Source: Squalus acanthias
Taxonomy: Eukaryota
NCBI GenBank assembly: GCA_030390025.1
Contig: CM059432.1
Coordinates: forward strand, 110,052,001 to 110,116,000
DNA length: 64,000 bases
Reading direction: 5' to 3'
How positions within the stretch are numbered: the first letter of the stretch is position 1; each line of letters opens with the position of its first letter. Below, one piece after another: positions 1-15,000 of this stretch. The notes under the pieces were generated by a model. The model saw nothing but the letters and a program-made list of their open reading frames with translations. It was not told the DNA's origin and did no database searches. The position numbers and the translations under genes were made by a program.

Positions 1-3000
1 AACTGTCACAGGACAGAGAGTGAGGAGACTCAGAACAAACTGTCACAGGACAGAGTGAGGAGACTCAGAACAAACTGTCACAGGACAGAGAGTGAGGAGA
101 CTCAGAACAAACTGTCACAGGACAGAGAGTGAGGAGACTCAGAACAAACTGTCACAGGACAGAGAGTGAGGAGACTCAGAACAAACTGTCACAGGACAGA
201 GAGTGAGGAGACTCAGAACAAACTGTCACAGGACAGAGTGAGGAGACTCAGAACAAACTGTCACAGGACAGAGAGTGAGGAGACTCAGAACAAACTGTCA
301 CAGGACAGAGTGAGGAGACTCAGAACAAACTGTCACAGGACAGAGTGAGGAGACTCAGAACAAACTGTCACAGGACAGAGAGTGAGGAGACTCAGAACAA
401 ACTGTCACAGGACAGAGTGAGGAGACTCAGAACAAACTGTCACAGGACAGAGAGTGAGGAGACTCAGAACAAACTGTCACAGGACAGAGAGTGAGGAGAC
501 TCAGAACAAACTGTCACAGGACAGAGTGAGGAGACTCAGAACAAACTGTCACAGGACAGAGAGTGAGGAGACTCAGAACAAACTGTCACAGGACAGAGAG
601 TGAGGAGACTCAGAACAAACTGTCACAGGACAGAGAGTGAGGAGACTCAGAACAAACTGTCACAGGACAGAGTGAGGAGACTCAGAACAAACTGTCACAG
701 GACAGAGAGTGAGGAGACTCAGAACAAACTGTCACAGGACAGAGAGTGAGGAGACTCAGAACAAACTGTCACAGGACAGAGAGTGAGGAGACTCAGAACA
801 AACTGTCACAGGACAGAGTGAGGAGACTCAGAACAAACTGTCACAGGACAGAGAGTGAGGAGACTCAGAACAAACTGTCACAGGACAGAGTGAGGAGACT
901 CAGAACAAACTGTCACAGGACAGAGTGAGGAGACTCAGAACAAACTGTCACAGGACAGAGAGTGAGGAGACTCAGAACAAACTGTCACAGGACAGAGAGT
1001 GAGGAGACTCAGAACAAACTGTCACAGGACAGAGAGTGAGGAGACTCAGAACAAACTGTCACAGGACAGAGAGTGAGGAGACTCAGAACAAACTGTCACA
1101 GGACAGAGAGTGAGGAGACTCAGAACAAACTGTCACAGGACAGAGTGAGGAGACTCAGAACAAACTGTCACAGGACAGAGAGTGAGGAGACTCAGAACAA
1201 ACTGTCACAGGACAGAGAGTGAGGAGACTCAGAACAAACTGTCACAGGACAGAGAGTGAGGAGACTCAGAACAAACTGTCACAGGACAGAGTGAGGAGAC
1301 TCAGAACAAACTGTCACAGGACAGAGAGTGAGGAGACTCAGAACAAACTGTCACAGGACAGAGAGTGAGGAGACTCAGAACAAACTGTCACAGGACAGAG
1401 TGAGGAGACTCAGAACAAACTGTCACAGGACAGAGAGTGAGGAGACTCAGAACAAACTGTCACAGGACAGAGAGTGAGGAGACTCAGAACAAACTGTCAC
1501 AGGACAGAGAGTGAGGAGACTCAGAACAAACTGTCACAGGACAGAGAGTGAGGAGACTCAGAACAAACTGTCACAGGACAGAGAGTGAGGAGACTCAGAA
1601 CAAACTGTCACAGGACAGAGAGTGAGGAGACTCAGAACAAACTGTCACAGGACAGAGAGTGAGGAGACTCAGAACAAACTGTCACAGGACAGAGAGTGAG
1701 GAGACTCAGAACAAACTGTCACAGGACAGAGTGAGGAGACTCAGAACAAACTGTCACAGGACAGAGAGTGAGGAGACTCAGAACAAACTGTCACAGGACA
1801 GAGTGAGGAGACTCAGAACAAACTGTCACAGGACAGAGAGTGAGGAGACTCAGAACAAACTGTCACAGGACAGAGAGTGAGGAGACTCAGAACAAACTGT
1901 CACAGGACAGAGAGTGAGGAGACTCAGAACAAACTGTCACAGGACAGAGAGTGAGGAGACTCAGAACAAACTGTCACAGGACAGAGAGTGAGGAGACTCA
2001 GAACAAACTGTCACAGGACAGAGAGTGAGGAGACTCAGAACAAACTGTCACAGGACAGAGTGAGGAGACTCAGAACAAACTGTCACAGGACAGAGAGTGA
2101 GGAGACTCAGAACAAACTGTCACAGGACAGAGTGAGGAGACTCAGAACAAACTGTCACAGGACAGAGAGTGAGGAGACTCAGAACAAACTGTCACAGGAC
2201 AGAGTGAGGAGACTCAGAACAAACTGTCACAGGACAGAGAGTGAGGAGACTCAGAACAAACTGTCACAGGACAGAGTGAGGAGACTCAGAACAAACTGTC
2301 ACAGGACAGAGAGTGAGGAGACTCAGAACAAACTGTCACAGGACAGAGAGTGAGGAGACTCAGAACAAACTGTCACAGGACAGAGAGTGAGGAGACTCAG
2401 AACAAACTGTCACAGGACAGAGTGAGGAGACTCAGAACAAACTGTCACAGGACAGAGTGAGGAGACTCAGAACAAACTGTCACAGGACAGAGAGTGAGGA
2501 GACTCAGAACAAACTGTCACAGGACAGAGAGTGAGGAGACTCAGAACAAACTGTCACAGGACAGAGTGAGGAGACTCAGAACAAACTGTCACAGGACAGA
2601 GTGAGGAGACTCAGAACAAACTGTCACAGGACAGAGAGTGAGGAGACTCAGAACAAACTGTCACAGGACAGAGAGTGAGGAGACTCAGAACAAACTGTCA
2701 CAGGACAGAGAGTGAGGAGACTCAGAACAAACTGTCACAGGACAGAGAGTGAGGAGACTCAGAACAAACTGTCACAGGACAGAGAGTGAGGAGACTCAGA
2801 ACAAACTGTCACAGGACGAGAGTGAGGAGACTCAGAACAAACTGTCACAGGACAGAGTGAGGAGACTCAGAACAAACTGTCACAGGACAGAGAGTGAGGA
2901 GACTCAGAACAAACTGTCACAGGACAGAGAGTGAGGAGACTCAGAACAAACTGTCACAGGACAGAGTGAGGAGACTCAGAACAAACTGTCACAGGACAGA

Positions 3001-6000
3001 GAGTGAGGAGACTCAGAACAAACTGTCACAGGACAGAGAGTGAGGAGACTCAGAACAAACTGTCACAGGACAGAGAGTGAGGAGACTCAGAACAAACTGT
3101 CACAGGACAGAGAGTGAGGAGACTCAGAACAAACTGTCACAGGACAGAGTGAGGAGACTCAGAACAAACTGTCACAGGACAGAGTGAGGAGACTCAGAAC
3201 AAACTGTCACAGGACAGAGAGTGAGGAGACTCAGAACAAACTGTCACAGGACAGAGTGAGGAGACTCAGAACAAACTGTCACAGGACGAGAGTGAGGAGA
3301 CTCAGAACAAACTGTCACAGGACAGAGAGTGAGGAGACTCAGAACAAACTGTCACAGGACAGAGAGTGAGGAGACTCAGAACAAACTGTCACAGGACAGA
3401 GTGAGGAGACTCAGAACAAACTGTCACAGGACAGAGAGTGAGGAGACTCAGAACAAACTGTCACAGGACAGAGAGTGAGGAGACTCAGAACAAACTGTCA
3501 CAGGACAGAGAGTGAGGAGACTCAGAACAAACTGTCACAGGACAGAGTGAGGAGACTCAGAACAAACTGTCACAGGACAGAGAGTGAGGAGACTCAGAAC
3601 AAACTGTCACAGGACAGAGAGTGAGGAGACTCAGAACAAACTGTCACAGGACAGAGAGTGAGGAGACTCAGAACAAACTGTCACAGGACAGAGTGAGGAG
3701 ACTCAGAACAAACTGTCACAGGACAGAGAGTGAGGAGACTCAGAACAAACTGTCACAGGACAGAGAGTGAGGAGACTCAGAACAAACTGTCACAGGACAG
3801 AGAGTGAGGAGACTCAGAACAAACTGTCACAGGACAGAGAGTGAGGAGACTCAGAACAAACTGTCACAGGACAGAGTGAGGAGACTCAGAACAAACTGTC
3901 ACAGGACAGAGAGTGAGGAGACTCAGAACAAACTGTCACAGGACAGAGAGTGAGGAGACTCAGAACAAACTGTCACAGGACAGAGAGTGAGGAGACTCAG
4001 AACAAACTGTCACAGGACAGAGAGTGAGGAGACTCAGAACAAACTGTCACAGGACAGAGAGTGAGGAGACTCAGAACAAACTGTCACAGGACAGAGTGAG
4101 GAGACTCAGAACAAACTGTCACAGGACAGAGTGAGGAGACTCAGAACAAACTGTCACAGGACAGAGAGTGAGGAGACTCAGAACAAACTGTCACAGGACA
4201 GAGAGTGAGGAGACTCAGAACAAACTGTCACAGGACAGAGAGTGAGGAGACTCAGAACAAACTGTCACAGGACAGAGAGTGAGGAGACTCAGAACAAACT
4301 GTCACAGGACAGAGAGTGAGGAGACTCAGAACAAACTGTCACAGGACAGAGTGAGGAGACTCAGAACAAACTGTCACAGGACAGAGAGTGAGGAGACTCA
4401 GAACAAACTGTCACAGGACAGAGTGAGGAGACTCAGAACAAACTGTCACAGGACAGAGAGTGAGGAGACTCAGAACAAACTGTCACAGGACAGAGTGAGG
4501 AGACTCAGAACAAACTGTCACAGGACAGAGAGTGAGGAGACTCAGAACAAACTGTCACAGGACAGAGAGTGAGGAGACTCAGAACAAACTGTCACAGGAC
4601 AGAGAGTGAGGAGACTCAGAACAAACTGTCACAGGACGAGAGTGAGGAGACTCAGAACAAACTGTCACAGGACAGAGAGTGAGGAGACTCAGAACAAACT
4701 GTCACAGGACAGAGAGTGAGGAGACTCAGAACAAACTGTCACAGGACAGAGTGAGGAGACTCAGAACAAACTGTCACAGGACAGAGAGTGAGGAGACTCA
4801 GAACAAACTGTCACAGGACAGAGAGTGAGGAGACTCAGAACAAACTGTCACAGGACAGAGAGTGAGGAGACTCAGAACAAACTGTCACAGGACAGAGAGT
4901 GAGGAGACTCAGAACAAACTGTCACAGGACAGAGTGAGGAGACTCAGAACAAACTGTCACAGGACAGAGAGTGAGGAGACTCAGAACAAACTGTCACAGG
5001 ACAGAGAGTGAGGAGACTCAGAACAAACTGTCACAGGACAGAGAGTGAGGAGACTCAGAACAAACTGTCACAGGACAGAGTGAGGAGACTCAGAACAAAC
5101 TGTCACAGGACGAGAGTGAGGAGACTCAGAACAAACTGTCACAGGACAGAGAGTGAGGAGACTCAGAACAAACTGTCACAGGACAGAGAGTGAGGAGACT
5201 CAGAACAAACTGTCACAGGACAGAGAGTGAGGAGACTCAGAACAAACTGTCACAGGACAGAGAGTGAGGAGACTCAGAACAAACTGTCACAGGACAGAGT
5301 GAGGAGACTCAGAACAAACTGTCACAGGACAGAGAGTGAGGAGACTCAGAACAAACTGTCACAGGACAGAGTGAGGAGACTCAGAACAAACTGTCACAGG
5401 ACAGAGAGTGAGGAGACTCAGAACAAACTGTCACAGGACAGAGAGTGAGGAGACTCAGAACAAACTGTCACAGGACAGAGAGTGAGGAGACTCAGAACAA
5501 ACTGTCACAGGACAGAGTGAGGAGACTCAGAACAAACTGTCACAGGACAGAGAGTGAGGAGACTCAGAACAAACTGTCACAGGACAGAGTGAGGAGACTC
5601 AGAACAAACTGTCACAGGACAGAGTGAGGAGACTCAGAACAAACTGTCACAGGACAGAGAGTGAGGAGACTCAGAACAAACTGTCACAGGACAGAGAGTG
5701 AGGAGACTCAGAACAAACTGTCACAGGACGAGAGTGAGGAGACTCAGAACAAACTGTCACAGGACAGAGAGTGAGGAGACTCAGAACAAACTGTCACAGG
5801 ACAGAGAGTGAGGAGACTCAGAACAAACTGTCACAGGACAGAGTGAGGAGACTCAGAACAAACTGTCACAGGACAGAGTGAGGAGACTCAGAACAAACTG
5901 TCACAGGACAGAGTGAGGAGACTCAGAACAAACTGTCACAGGACAGAGAGTGAGGAGACTCAGAACAAACTGTCACAGGACAGAGTGAGGAGACTCAGAA

Positions 6001-9000
6001 CAAACTGTCACAGGACAGAGAGTGAGGAGACTCAGAACAAACTGTCACAGGACAGAGAGTGAGGAGACTCAGAACAAACTGTCACAGGACAGAGAGTGAG
6101 GAGACTCAGAACAAACTGTCACAGGACAGAGAGTGAGGAGACTCAGAACAAACTGTCACAGGACAGAGAGTGAGGAGACTCAGAACAAACTGTCACAGGA
6201 CAGAGTGAGGAGACTCAGAACAAACTGTCACAGGACAGAGAGTGAGGAGACTCAGAACAAACTGTCACAGGACAGAGAGTGAGGAGACTCAGAACAAACT
6301 GTCACAGGACAGAGAGTGAGGAGACTCAGAACAAACTGTCACAGGACAGAGTGAGGAGACTCAGAACAAACTGTCACAGGACAGAGTGAGGAGACTCAGA
6401 ACAAACTGTCACAGGACAGAGAGTGAGGAGACTCAGAACAAACTGTCACAGGACAGAGAGTGAGGAGACTCAGAACAAACTGTCACAGGACAGAGTGAGG
6501 AGACTCAGAACAAACTGTCACAGGACAGAGTGAGGAGACTCAGAACAAACTGTCACAGGACAGAGTGAGGAGACTCAGAACAAACTGTCACAGGACAGAG
6601 AGTGAGGAGACTCAGAACAAACTGTCACAGGACAGAGAGTGAGGAGACTCAGAACAAACTGTCACAGGACAGAGTGAGGAGACTCAGAACAAACTGTCAC
6701 AGGACAGAGAGTGAGGAGACTCAGAACAAACTGTCACAGGACAGAGAGTGAGGAGACTCAGAACAAACTGTCACAGGACAGAGTGAGGAGACTCAGAACA
6801 AACTGTCACAGGACAGAGTGAGGAGACTCAGAACAAACTGTCACAGGACAGAGAGTGAGGAGACTCAGAACAAACTGTCACAGGACAGAGAGTGAGGAGA
6901 CTCAGAACAAACTGTCACAGGACAGAGAGTGAGGAGACTCAGAACAAACTGTCACAGGACAGAGAGTGAGGAGACTCAGAACAAACTGTCACAGGACAGA
7001 GTGAGGAGACTCAGAACAAACTGTCACAGGACAGAGTGAGGAGACTCAGAACAAACTGTCACAGGACGAGAGTGAGGAGACTCAGAACAAACTGTCACAG
7101 GACAGAGAGTGAGGAGACTCAGAACAAACTGTCACAGGACAGAGAGTGAGGAGACTCAGAACAAACTGTCACAGGACAGAGAGTGAGGAGACTCAGAACA
7201 AACTGTCACAGGACAGAGAGTGAGGAGACTCAGAACAAACTGTCACAGGACGAGAGTGAGGAGACTCAGAACAAACTGTCACAGGACAGAGTGAGGAGAC
7301 TCAGAACAAACTGTCACAGGACAGAGAGTGAGGAGACTCAGAACAAACTGTCACAGGACAGAGTGAGGAGACTCAGAACAAACTGTCACAGGACAGAGAG
7401 TGAGGAGACTCAGAACAAACTGTCACAGGACAGAGTGAGGAGACTCAGAACAAACTGTCACAGGACAGAGTGAGGAGACTCAGAACAAACTGTCACAGGA
7501 CAGAGAGTGAGGAGACTCAGAACAAACTGTCACAGGACAGAGAGTGAGGAGACTCAGAACAAACTGTCACAGGACAGAGAGTGAGGAGACTCAGAACAAA
7601 CTGTCACAGGACAGAGAGTGAGGAGACTCAGAACAAACTGTCACAGGACAGAGAGTGAGGAGACTCAGAACAAACTGTCACAGGACAGAGAGTGAGGAGA
7701 CTCAGAACAAACTGTCACAGGACAGAGAGTGAGGAGACTCAGAACAAACTGTCACAGGACAGAGTGAGGAGACTCAGAACAAACTGTCACAGGACAGAGA
7801 GTGAGGAGACTCAGAACAAACTGTCACAGGACAGAGAGTGAGGAGACTCAGAACAAACTGTCACAGGACAGAGAGTGAGGAGACTCAGAACAAACTGTCA
7901 CAGGACAGAGAGTGAGGAGACTCAGAACAAACTGTCACAGGACAGAGTGAGGAGACTCAGAACAAACTGTCACAGGACAGAGAGTGAGGAGACTCAGAAC
8001 AAACTGTCACAGGACAGAGTGAGGAGACTCAGAACAAACTGTCACAGGACAGAGAGTGAGGAGACTCAGAACAAACTGTCACAGGACAGAGTGAGGAGAC
8101 TCAGAACAAACTGTCACAGGACAGAGTGAGGAGACTCAGAACAAACTGTCACAGGACAGAGTGAGGAGACTCAGAACAAACTGTCACAGGACAGAGAGTG
8201 AGGAGACTCAGAACAAACTGTCACAGGACAGAGAGTGAGGAGACTCAGAACAAACTGTCACAGGACAGAGTGAGGAGACTCAGAACAAACTGTCACAGGA
8301 CAGAGAGTGAGGAGACTCAGAACAAACTGTCACAGGACAGAGTGAGGAGACTCAGAACAAACTGTCACAGGACAGAGTGAGGAGACTCAGAACAAACTGT
8401 CACAGGACAGAGAGTGAGGAGACTCAGAACAAACTGTCACAGGACAGAGAGTGAGGAGACTCAGAACAAACTGTCACAGGACAGAGTGAGGAGACTCAGA
8501 ACAAACTGTCACAGGACAGAGAGTGAGGAGACTCAGAACAAACTGTCACAGGACAGAGTGAGGAGACTCAGAACAAACTGTCACAGGACAGAGAGTGAGG
8601 AGACTCAGAACAAACTGTCACAGGACAGAGAGTGAGGAGACTCAGAACAAACTGTCACAGGACAGAGAGTGAGGAGACTCAGAACAAACTGTCACAGGAC
8701 GAGAGTGAGGAGACTCAGAACAAACTGTCACAGGACAGAGAGTGAGGAGACTCAGAACAAACTGTCACAGGACAGAGTGAGGAGACTCAGAACAAACTGT
8801 CACAGGACAGAGAGTGAGGAGACTCAGAACAAACTGTCACAGGACAGAGAGTGAGGAGACTCAGAACAAACTGTCACAGGACAGAGAGTGAGGAGACTCA
8901 GAACAAACTGTCACAGGACAGAGTGAGGAGACTCAGAACAAACTGTCACAGGACAGAGAGTGAGGAGACTCAGAACAAACTGTCACAGGACAGAGAGTGA

Positions 9001-12000
9001 GGAGACTCAGAACAAACTGTCACAGGACAGAGTGAGGAGACTCAGAACAAACTGTCACAGGACAGAGAGTGAGGAGACTCAGAACAAACTGTCACAGGAC
9101 AGAGTGAGGAGACTCAGAACAAACTGTCACAGGACAGAGAGTGAGGAGACTCAGAACAAACTGTCACAGGACAGAGTGAGGAGACTCAGAACAAACTGTC
9201 ACAGGACAGAGAGTGAGGAGACTCAGAACAAACTGTCACAGGACAGAGAGTGAGGAGACTCAGAACAAACTGTCACAGGACAGAGTGAGGAGACTCAGAA
9301 CAAACTGTCACAGGACGAGAGTGAGGAGACTCAGAACAAACTGTCACAGGACAGAGAGTGAGGAGACTCAGAACAAACTGTCACAGGACAGAGAGTGAGG
9401 AGACTCAGAACAAACTGTCACAGGACAGAGAGTGAGGAGACTCAGAACAAACTGTCACAGGACAGAGAGTGAGGAGACTCAGAACAAACTGTCACAGGAC
9501 AGAGAGTGAGGAGACTCAGAACAAACTGTCACAGGACAGAGTGAGGAGACTCAGAACAAACTGTCACAGGACAGAGAGTGAGGAGACTCAGAACAAACTG
9601 TCACAGGACAGAGAGTGAGGAGACTCAGAACAAACTGTCACAGGACAGAGAGTGAGGAGACTCAGAACAAACTGTCACAGGACAGAGAGTGAGGAGACTC
9701 AGAACAAACTGTCACAGGACAGAGAGTGAGGAGACTCAGAACAAACTGTCACAGGACAGAGAGTGAGGAGACTCAGAACAAACTGTCACAGGACAGAGTG
9801 AGGAGACTCAGAACAAACTGTCACAGGACAGAGAGTGAGGAGACTCAGAACAAACTGTCACAGGACAGAGAGTGAGGAGACTCAGAACAAACTGTCACAG
9901 GACAGAGTGAGGAGACTCAGAACAAACTGTCACAGGACAGAGAGTGAGGAGACTCAGAACAAACTGTCACAGGACAGAGAGTGAGGAGACTCAGAACAAA
10001 CTGTCACAGGACAGAGAGTGAGGAGACTCAGAACAAACTGTCACAGGACAGAGAGTGAGGAGACTCAGAACAAACTGTCACAGGACAGAGTGAGGAGACT
10101 CAGAACAAACTGTCACAGGACAGAGTGAGGAGACTCAGAACAAACTGTCACAGGACAGAGTGAGGAGACTCAGAACAAACTGTCACAGGACAGAGAGTGA
10201 GGAGACTCAGAACAAACTGTCACAGGACAGAGAGTGAGGAGACTCAGAACAAACTGTCACAGGACAGAGTGAGGAGACTCAGAACAAACTGTCACAGGAC
10301 AGAGAGTGAGGAGACTCAGAACAAACTGTCACAGGACAGAGAGTGAGGAGACTCAGAACAAACTGTCACAGGACAGAGAGTGAGGAGACTCAGAACAAAC
10401 TGTCACAGGACAGAGAGTGAGGAGACTCAGAACAAACTGTCACAGGACAGAGAGTGAGGAGACTCAGAACAAACTGTCACAGGACAGAGTGAGGAGACTC
10501 AGAACAAACTGTCACAGGACAGAGTGAGGAGACTCAGAACAAACTGTCACAGGACAGAGAGTGAGGAGACTCAGAACAAACTGTCACAGGACAGAGAGTG
10601 AGGAGACTCAGAACAAACTGTCACAGGACAGAGTGAGGAGACTCAGAACAAACTGTCACAGGACGAGAGTGAGGAGACTCAGAACAAACTGTCACAGGAC
10701 AGAGTGAGGAGACTCAGAACAAACTGTCACAGGACAGAGAGTGAGGAGACTCAGAACAAACTGTCACAGGACAGAGTGAGGAGACTCAGAACAAACTGTC
10801 ACAGGACAGAGAGTGAGGAGACTCAGAACAAACTGTCACAGGACAGAGAGTGAGGAGACTCAGAACAAACTGTCACAGGACAGAGTGAGGAGACTCAGAA
10901 CAAACTGTCACAGGACAGAGAGTGAGGAGACTCAGAACAAACTGTCACAGGACAGAGAGTGAGGAGACTCAGAACAAACTGTCACAGGACAGAGAGTGAG
11001 GAGACTCAGAACAAACTGTCACAGGACAGAGAGTGAGGAGACTCAGAACAAACTGTCACAGGACAGAGAGTGAGGAGACTCAGAACAAACTGTCACAGGA
11101 CAGAGAGTGAGGAGACTCAGAACAAACTGTCACAGGACAGAGAGTGAGGAGACTCAGAACAAACTGTCACAGGACAGAGAGTGAGGAGACTCAGAACAAA
11201 CTGTCACAGGACAGAGAGTGAGGAGACTCAGAACAAACTGTCACAGGACAGAGAGTGAGGAGACTCAGAACAAACTGTCACAGGACAGAGAGTGAGGAGA
11301 CTCAGAACAAACTGTCACAGGACAGAGAGTGAGGAGACTCAGAACAAACTGTCACAGGACAGAGAGTGAGGAGACTCAGAACAAACTGTCACAGGACAGA
11401 GAGTGAGGAGACTCAGAACAAACTGTCACAGGACAGAGAGTGAGGAGACTCAGAACAAACTGTCACAGGACAGAGAGTGAGGAGACTCAGAACAAACTGT
11501 CACAGGACAGAGAGTGAGGAGACTCAGAACAAACTGTCACAGGACAGAGAGTGAGGAGACTCAGAACAAACTGTCACAGGACAGAGAGTGAGGAGACTCA
11601 GAACAAACTGTCACAGGACGAGAGTGAGGAGACTCAGAACAAACTGTCACAGGACAGAGAGTGAGGAGACTCAGAACAAACTGTCACAGGACAGAGTGAG
11701 GAGACTCAGAACAAACTGTCACAGGACAGAGAGTGAGGAGACTCAGAACAAACTGTCACAGGACAGAGAGTGAGGAGACTCAGAACAAACTGTCACAGGA
11801 CAGAGAGTGAGGAGACTCAGAACAAACTGTCACAGGACAGAGTGAGGAGACTCAGAACAAACTGTCACAGGACAGAGAGTGAGGAGACTCAGAACAAACT
11901 GTCACAGGACAGAGAGTGAGGAGACTCAGAACAAACTGTCACAGGACAGAGAGTGAGGAGACTCAGAACAAACTGTCACAGGACAGAGAGTGAGGAGACT

Positions 12001-15000
12001 CAGAACAAACTGTCACAGGACAGAGAGTGAGGAGACTCAGAACAAACTGTCACAGGACAGAGAGTGAGGAGACTCAGAACAAACTGTCACAGGACAGAGA
12101 GTGAGGAGACTCAGAACAAACTGTCACAGGACAGAGAGTGAGGAGACTCAGAACAAACTGTCACAGGACAGAGAGTGAGGAGACTCAGAACAAACTGTCA
12201 CAGGACAGAGTGAGGAGACTCAGAACAAACTGTCACAGGACAGAGTGAGGAGACTCAGAACAAACTGTCACAGGACAGAGAGTGAGGAGACTCAGAACAA
12301 ACTGTCACAGGACAGAGAGTGAGGAGACTCAGAACAAACTGTCACAGGACAGAGTGAGGAGACTCAGAACAAACTGTCACAGGACAGAGAGTGAGGAGAC
12401 TCAGAACAAACTGTCACAGGACAGAGAGTGAGGAGACTCAGAACAAACTGTCACAGGACAGAGTGAGGAGACTCAGAACAAACTGTCACAGGACAGAGTG
12501 AGGAGACTCAGAACAAACTGTCACAGGACAGAGTGAGGAGACTCAGAACAAACTGTCACAGGACAGAGAGTGAGGAGACTCAGAACAAACTGTCACAGGA
12601 CAGAGAGTGAGGAGACTCAGAACAAACTGTCACAGGACAGAGAGTGAGGAGACTCAGAACAAACTGTCACAGGACAGAGAGTGAGGAGACTCAGAACAAA
12701 CTGTCACAGGACAGAGAGTGAGGAGACTCAGAACAAACTGTCACAGGACAGAGAGTGAGGAGACTCAGAACAAACTGTCACAGGACAGAGAGTGAGGAGA
12801 CTCAGAACAAACTGTCACAGGACAGAGTGAGGAGACTCAGAACAAACTGTCACAGGACAGAGTGAGGAGACTCAGAACAAACTGTCACAGGACAGAGAGT
12901 GAGGAGACTCAGAACAAACTGTCACAGGACAGAGAGTGAGGAGACTCAGAACAAACTGTCACAGGACAGAGAGTGAGGAGACTCAGAACAAACTGTCACA
13001 GGACAGAGTGAGGAGACTCAGAACAAACTGTCACAGGACAGAGAGTGAGGAGACTCAGAACAAACTGTCACAGGACAGAGTGAGGAGACTCAGAACAAAC
13101 TGTCACAGGACAGAGAGTGAGGAGACTCAGAACAAACTGTCACAGGACAGAGTGAGGAGACTCAGAACAAACTGTCACAGGACAGAGTGAGGAGACTCAG
13201 AACAAACTGTCACAGGACAGAGAGTGAGGAGACTCAGAACAAACTGTCACAGGACAGAGAGTGAGGAGACTCAGAACAAACTGTCACAGGACAGAGAGTG
13301 AGGAGACTCAGAACAAACTGTCACAGGACAGAGAGTGAGGAGACTCAGAACAAACTGTCACAGGACAGAGAGTGAGGAGACTCAGAACAAACTGTCACAG
13401 GACAGAGAGTGAGGAGACTCAGAACAAACTGTCACAGGACAGAGTGAGGAGACTCAGAACAAACTGTCACAGGACAGAGAGTGAGGAGACTCAGAACAAA
13501 CTGTCACAGGACAGAGTGAGGAGACTCAGAACAAACTGTCACAGGACAGAGAGTGAGGAGACTCAGAACAAACTGTCACAGGACAGAGTGAGGAGACTCA
13601 GAACAAACTGTCACAGGACAGAGAGTGAGGAGACTCAGAACAAACTGTCACAGGACAGAGTGAGGAGACTCAGAACAAACTGTCACAGGACAGAGTGAGG
13701 AGACTCAGAACAAACTGTCACAGGACAGAGTGAGGAGACTCAGAACAAACTGTCACAGGACGAGAGTGAGGAGACTCAGAACAAACTGTCACAGGACAGA
13801 GAGTGAGGAGACTCAGAACAAACTGTCACAGGACAGAGTGAGGAGACTCAGAACAAACTGTCACAGGACAGAGTGAGGAGACTCAGAACAAACTGTCACA
13901 GGACAGAGAGTGAGGAGACTCAGAACAAACTGTCACAGGACAGAGTGAGGAGACTCAGAACAAACTGTCACAGGACAGAGAGTGAGGAGACTCAGAACAA
14001 ACTGTCACAGGACAGAGAGTGAGGAGACTCAGAACAAACTGTCACAGGACAGAGTGAGGAGACTCAGAACAAACTGTCACAGGACAGAGAGTGAGGAGAC
14101 TCAGAACAAACTGTCACAGGACGAGAGTGAGGAGACTCAGAACAAACTGTCACAGGACAGAGAGTGAGGAGACTCAGAACAAACTGTCACAGGACAGAGA
14201 GTGAGGAGACTCAGAACAAACTGTCACAGGACAGAGAGTGAGGAGACTCAGAACAAACTGTCACAGGACAGAGTGAGGAGACTCAGAACAAACTGTCACA
14301 GGACAGAGAGTGAGGAGACTCAGAACAAACTGTCACAGGACAGAGAGTGAGGAGACTCAGAACAAACTGTCACAGGACAGAGAGTGAGGAGACTCAGAAC
14401 AAACTGTCACAGGACAGAGAGTGAGGAGACTCAGAACAAACTGTCACAGGACAGAGTGAGGAGACTCAGAACAAACTGTCACAGGACAGAGTGAGGAGAC
14501 TCAGAACAAACTGTCACAGGACAGAGTGAGGAGACTCAGAACAAACTGTCACAGGACAGAGAGTGAGGAGACTCAGAACAAACTGTCACAGGACAGAGAG
14601 TGAGGAGACTCAGAACAAACTGTCACAGGACAGAGTGAGGAGACTCAGAACAAACTGTCACAGGACAGAGAGTGAGGAGACTCAGAACAAACTGTCACAG
14701 GACAGAGAGTGAGGAGACTCAGAACAAACTGTCACAGGACGAGAGTGAGGAGACTCAGAACAAACTGTCACAGGACAGAGAGTGAGGAGACTCAGAACAA
14801 ACTGTCACAGGACAGAGTGAGGAGACTCAGAACAAACTGTCACAGGACAGAGTGAGGAGACTCAGAACAAACTGTCACAGGACAGAGAGTGAGGAGACTC
14901 AGAACAAACTGTCACAGGACAGAGAGTGAGGAGACTCAGAACAAACTGTCACAGGACAGAGAGTGAGGAGACTCAGAACAAACTGTCACAGGACAGAGAG

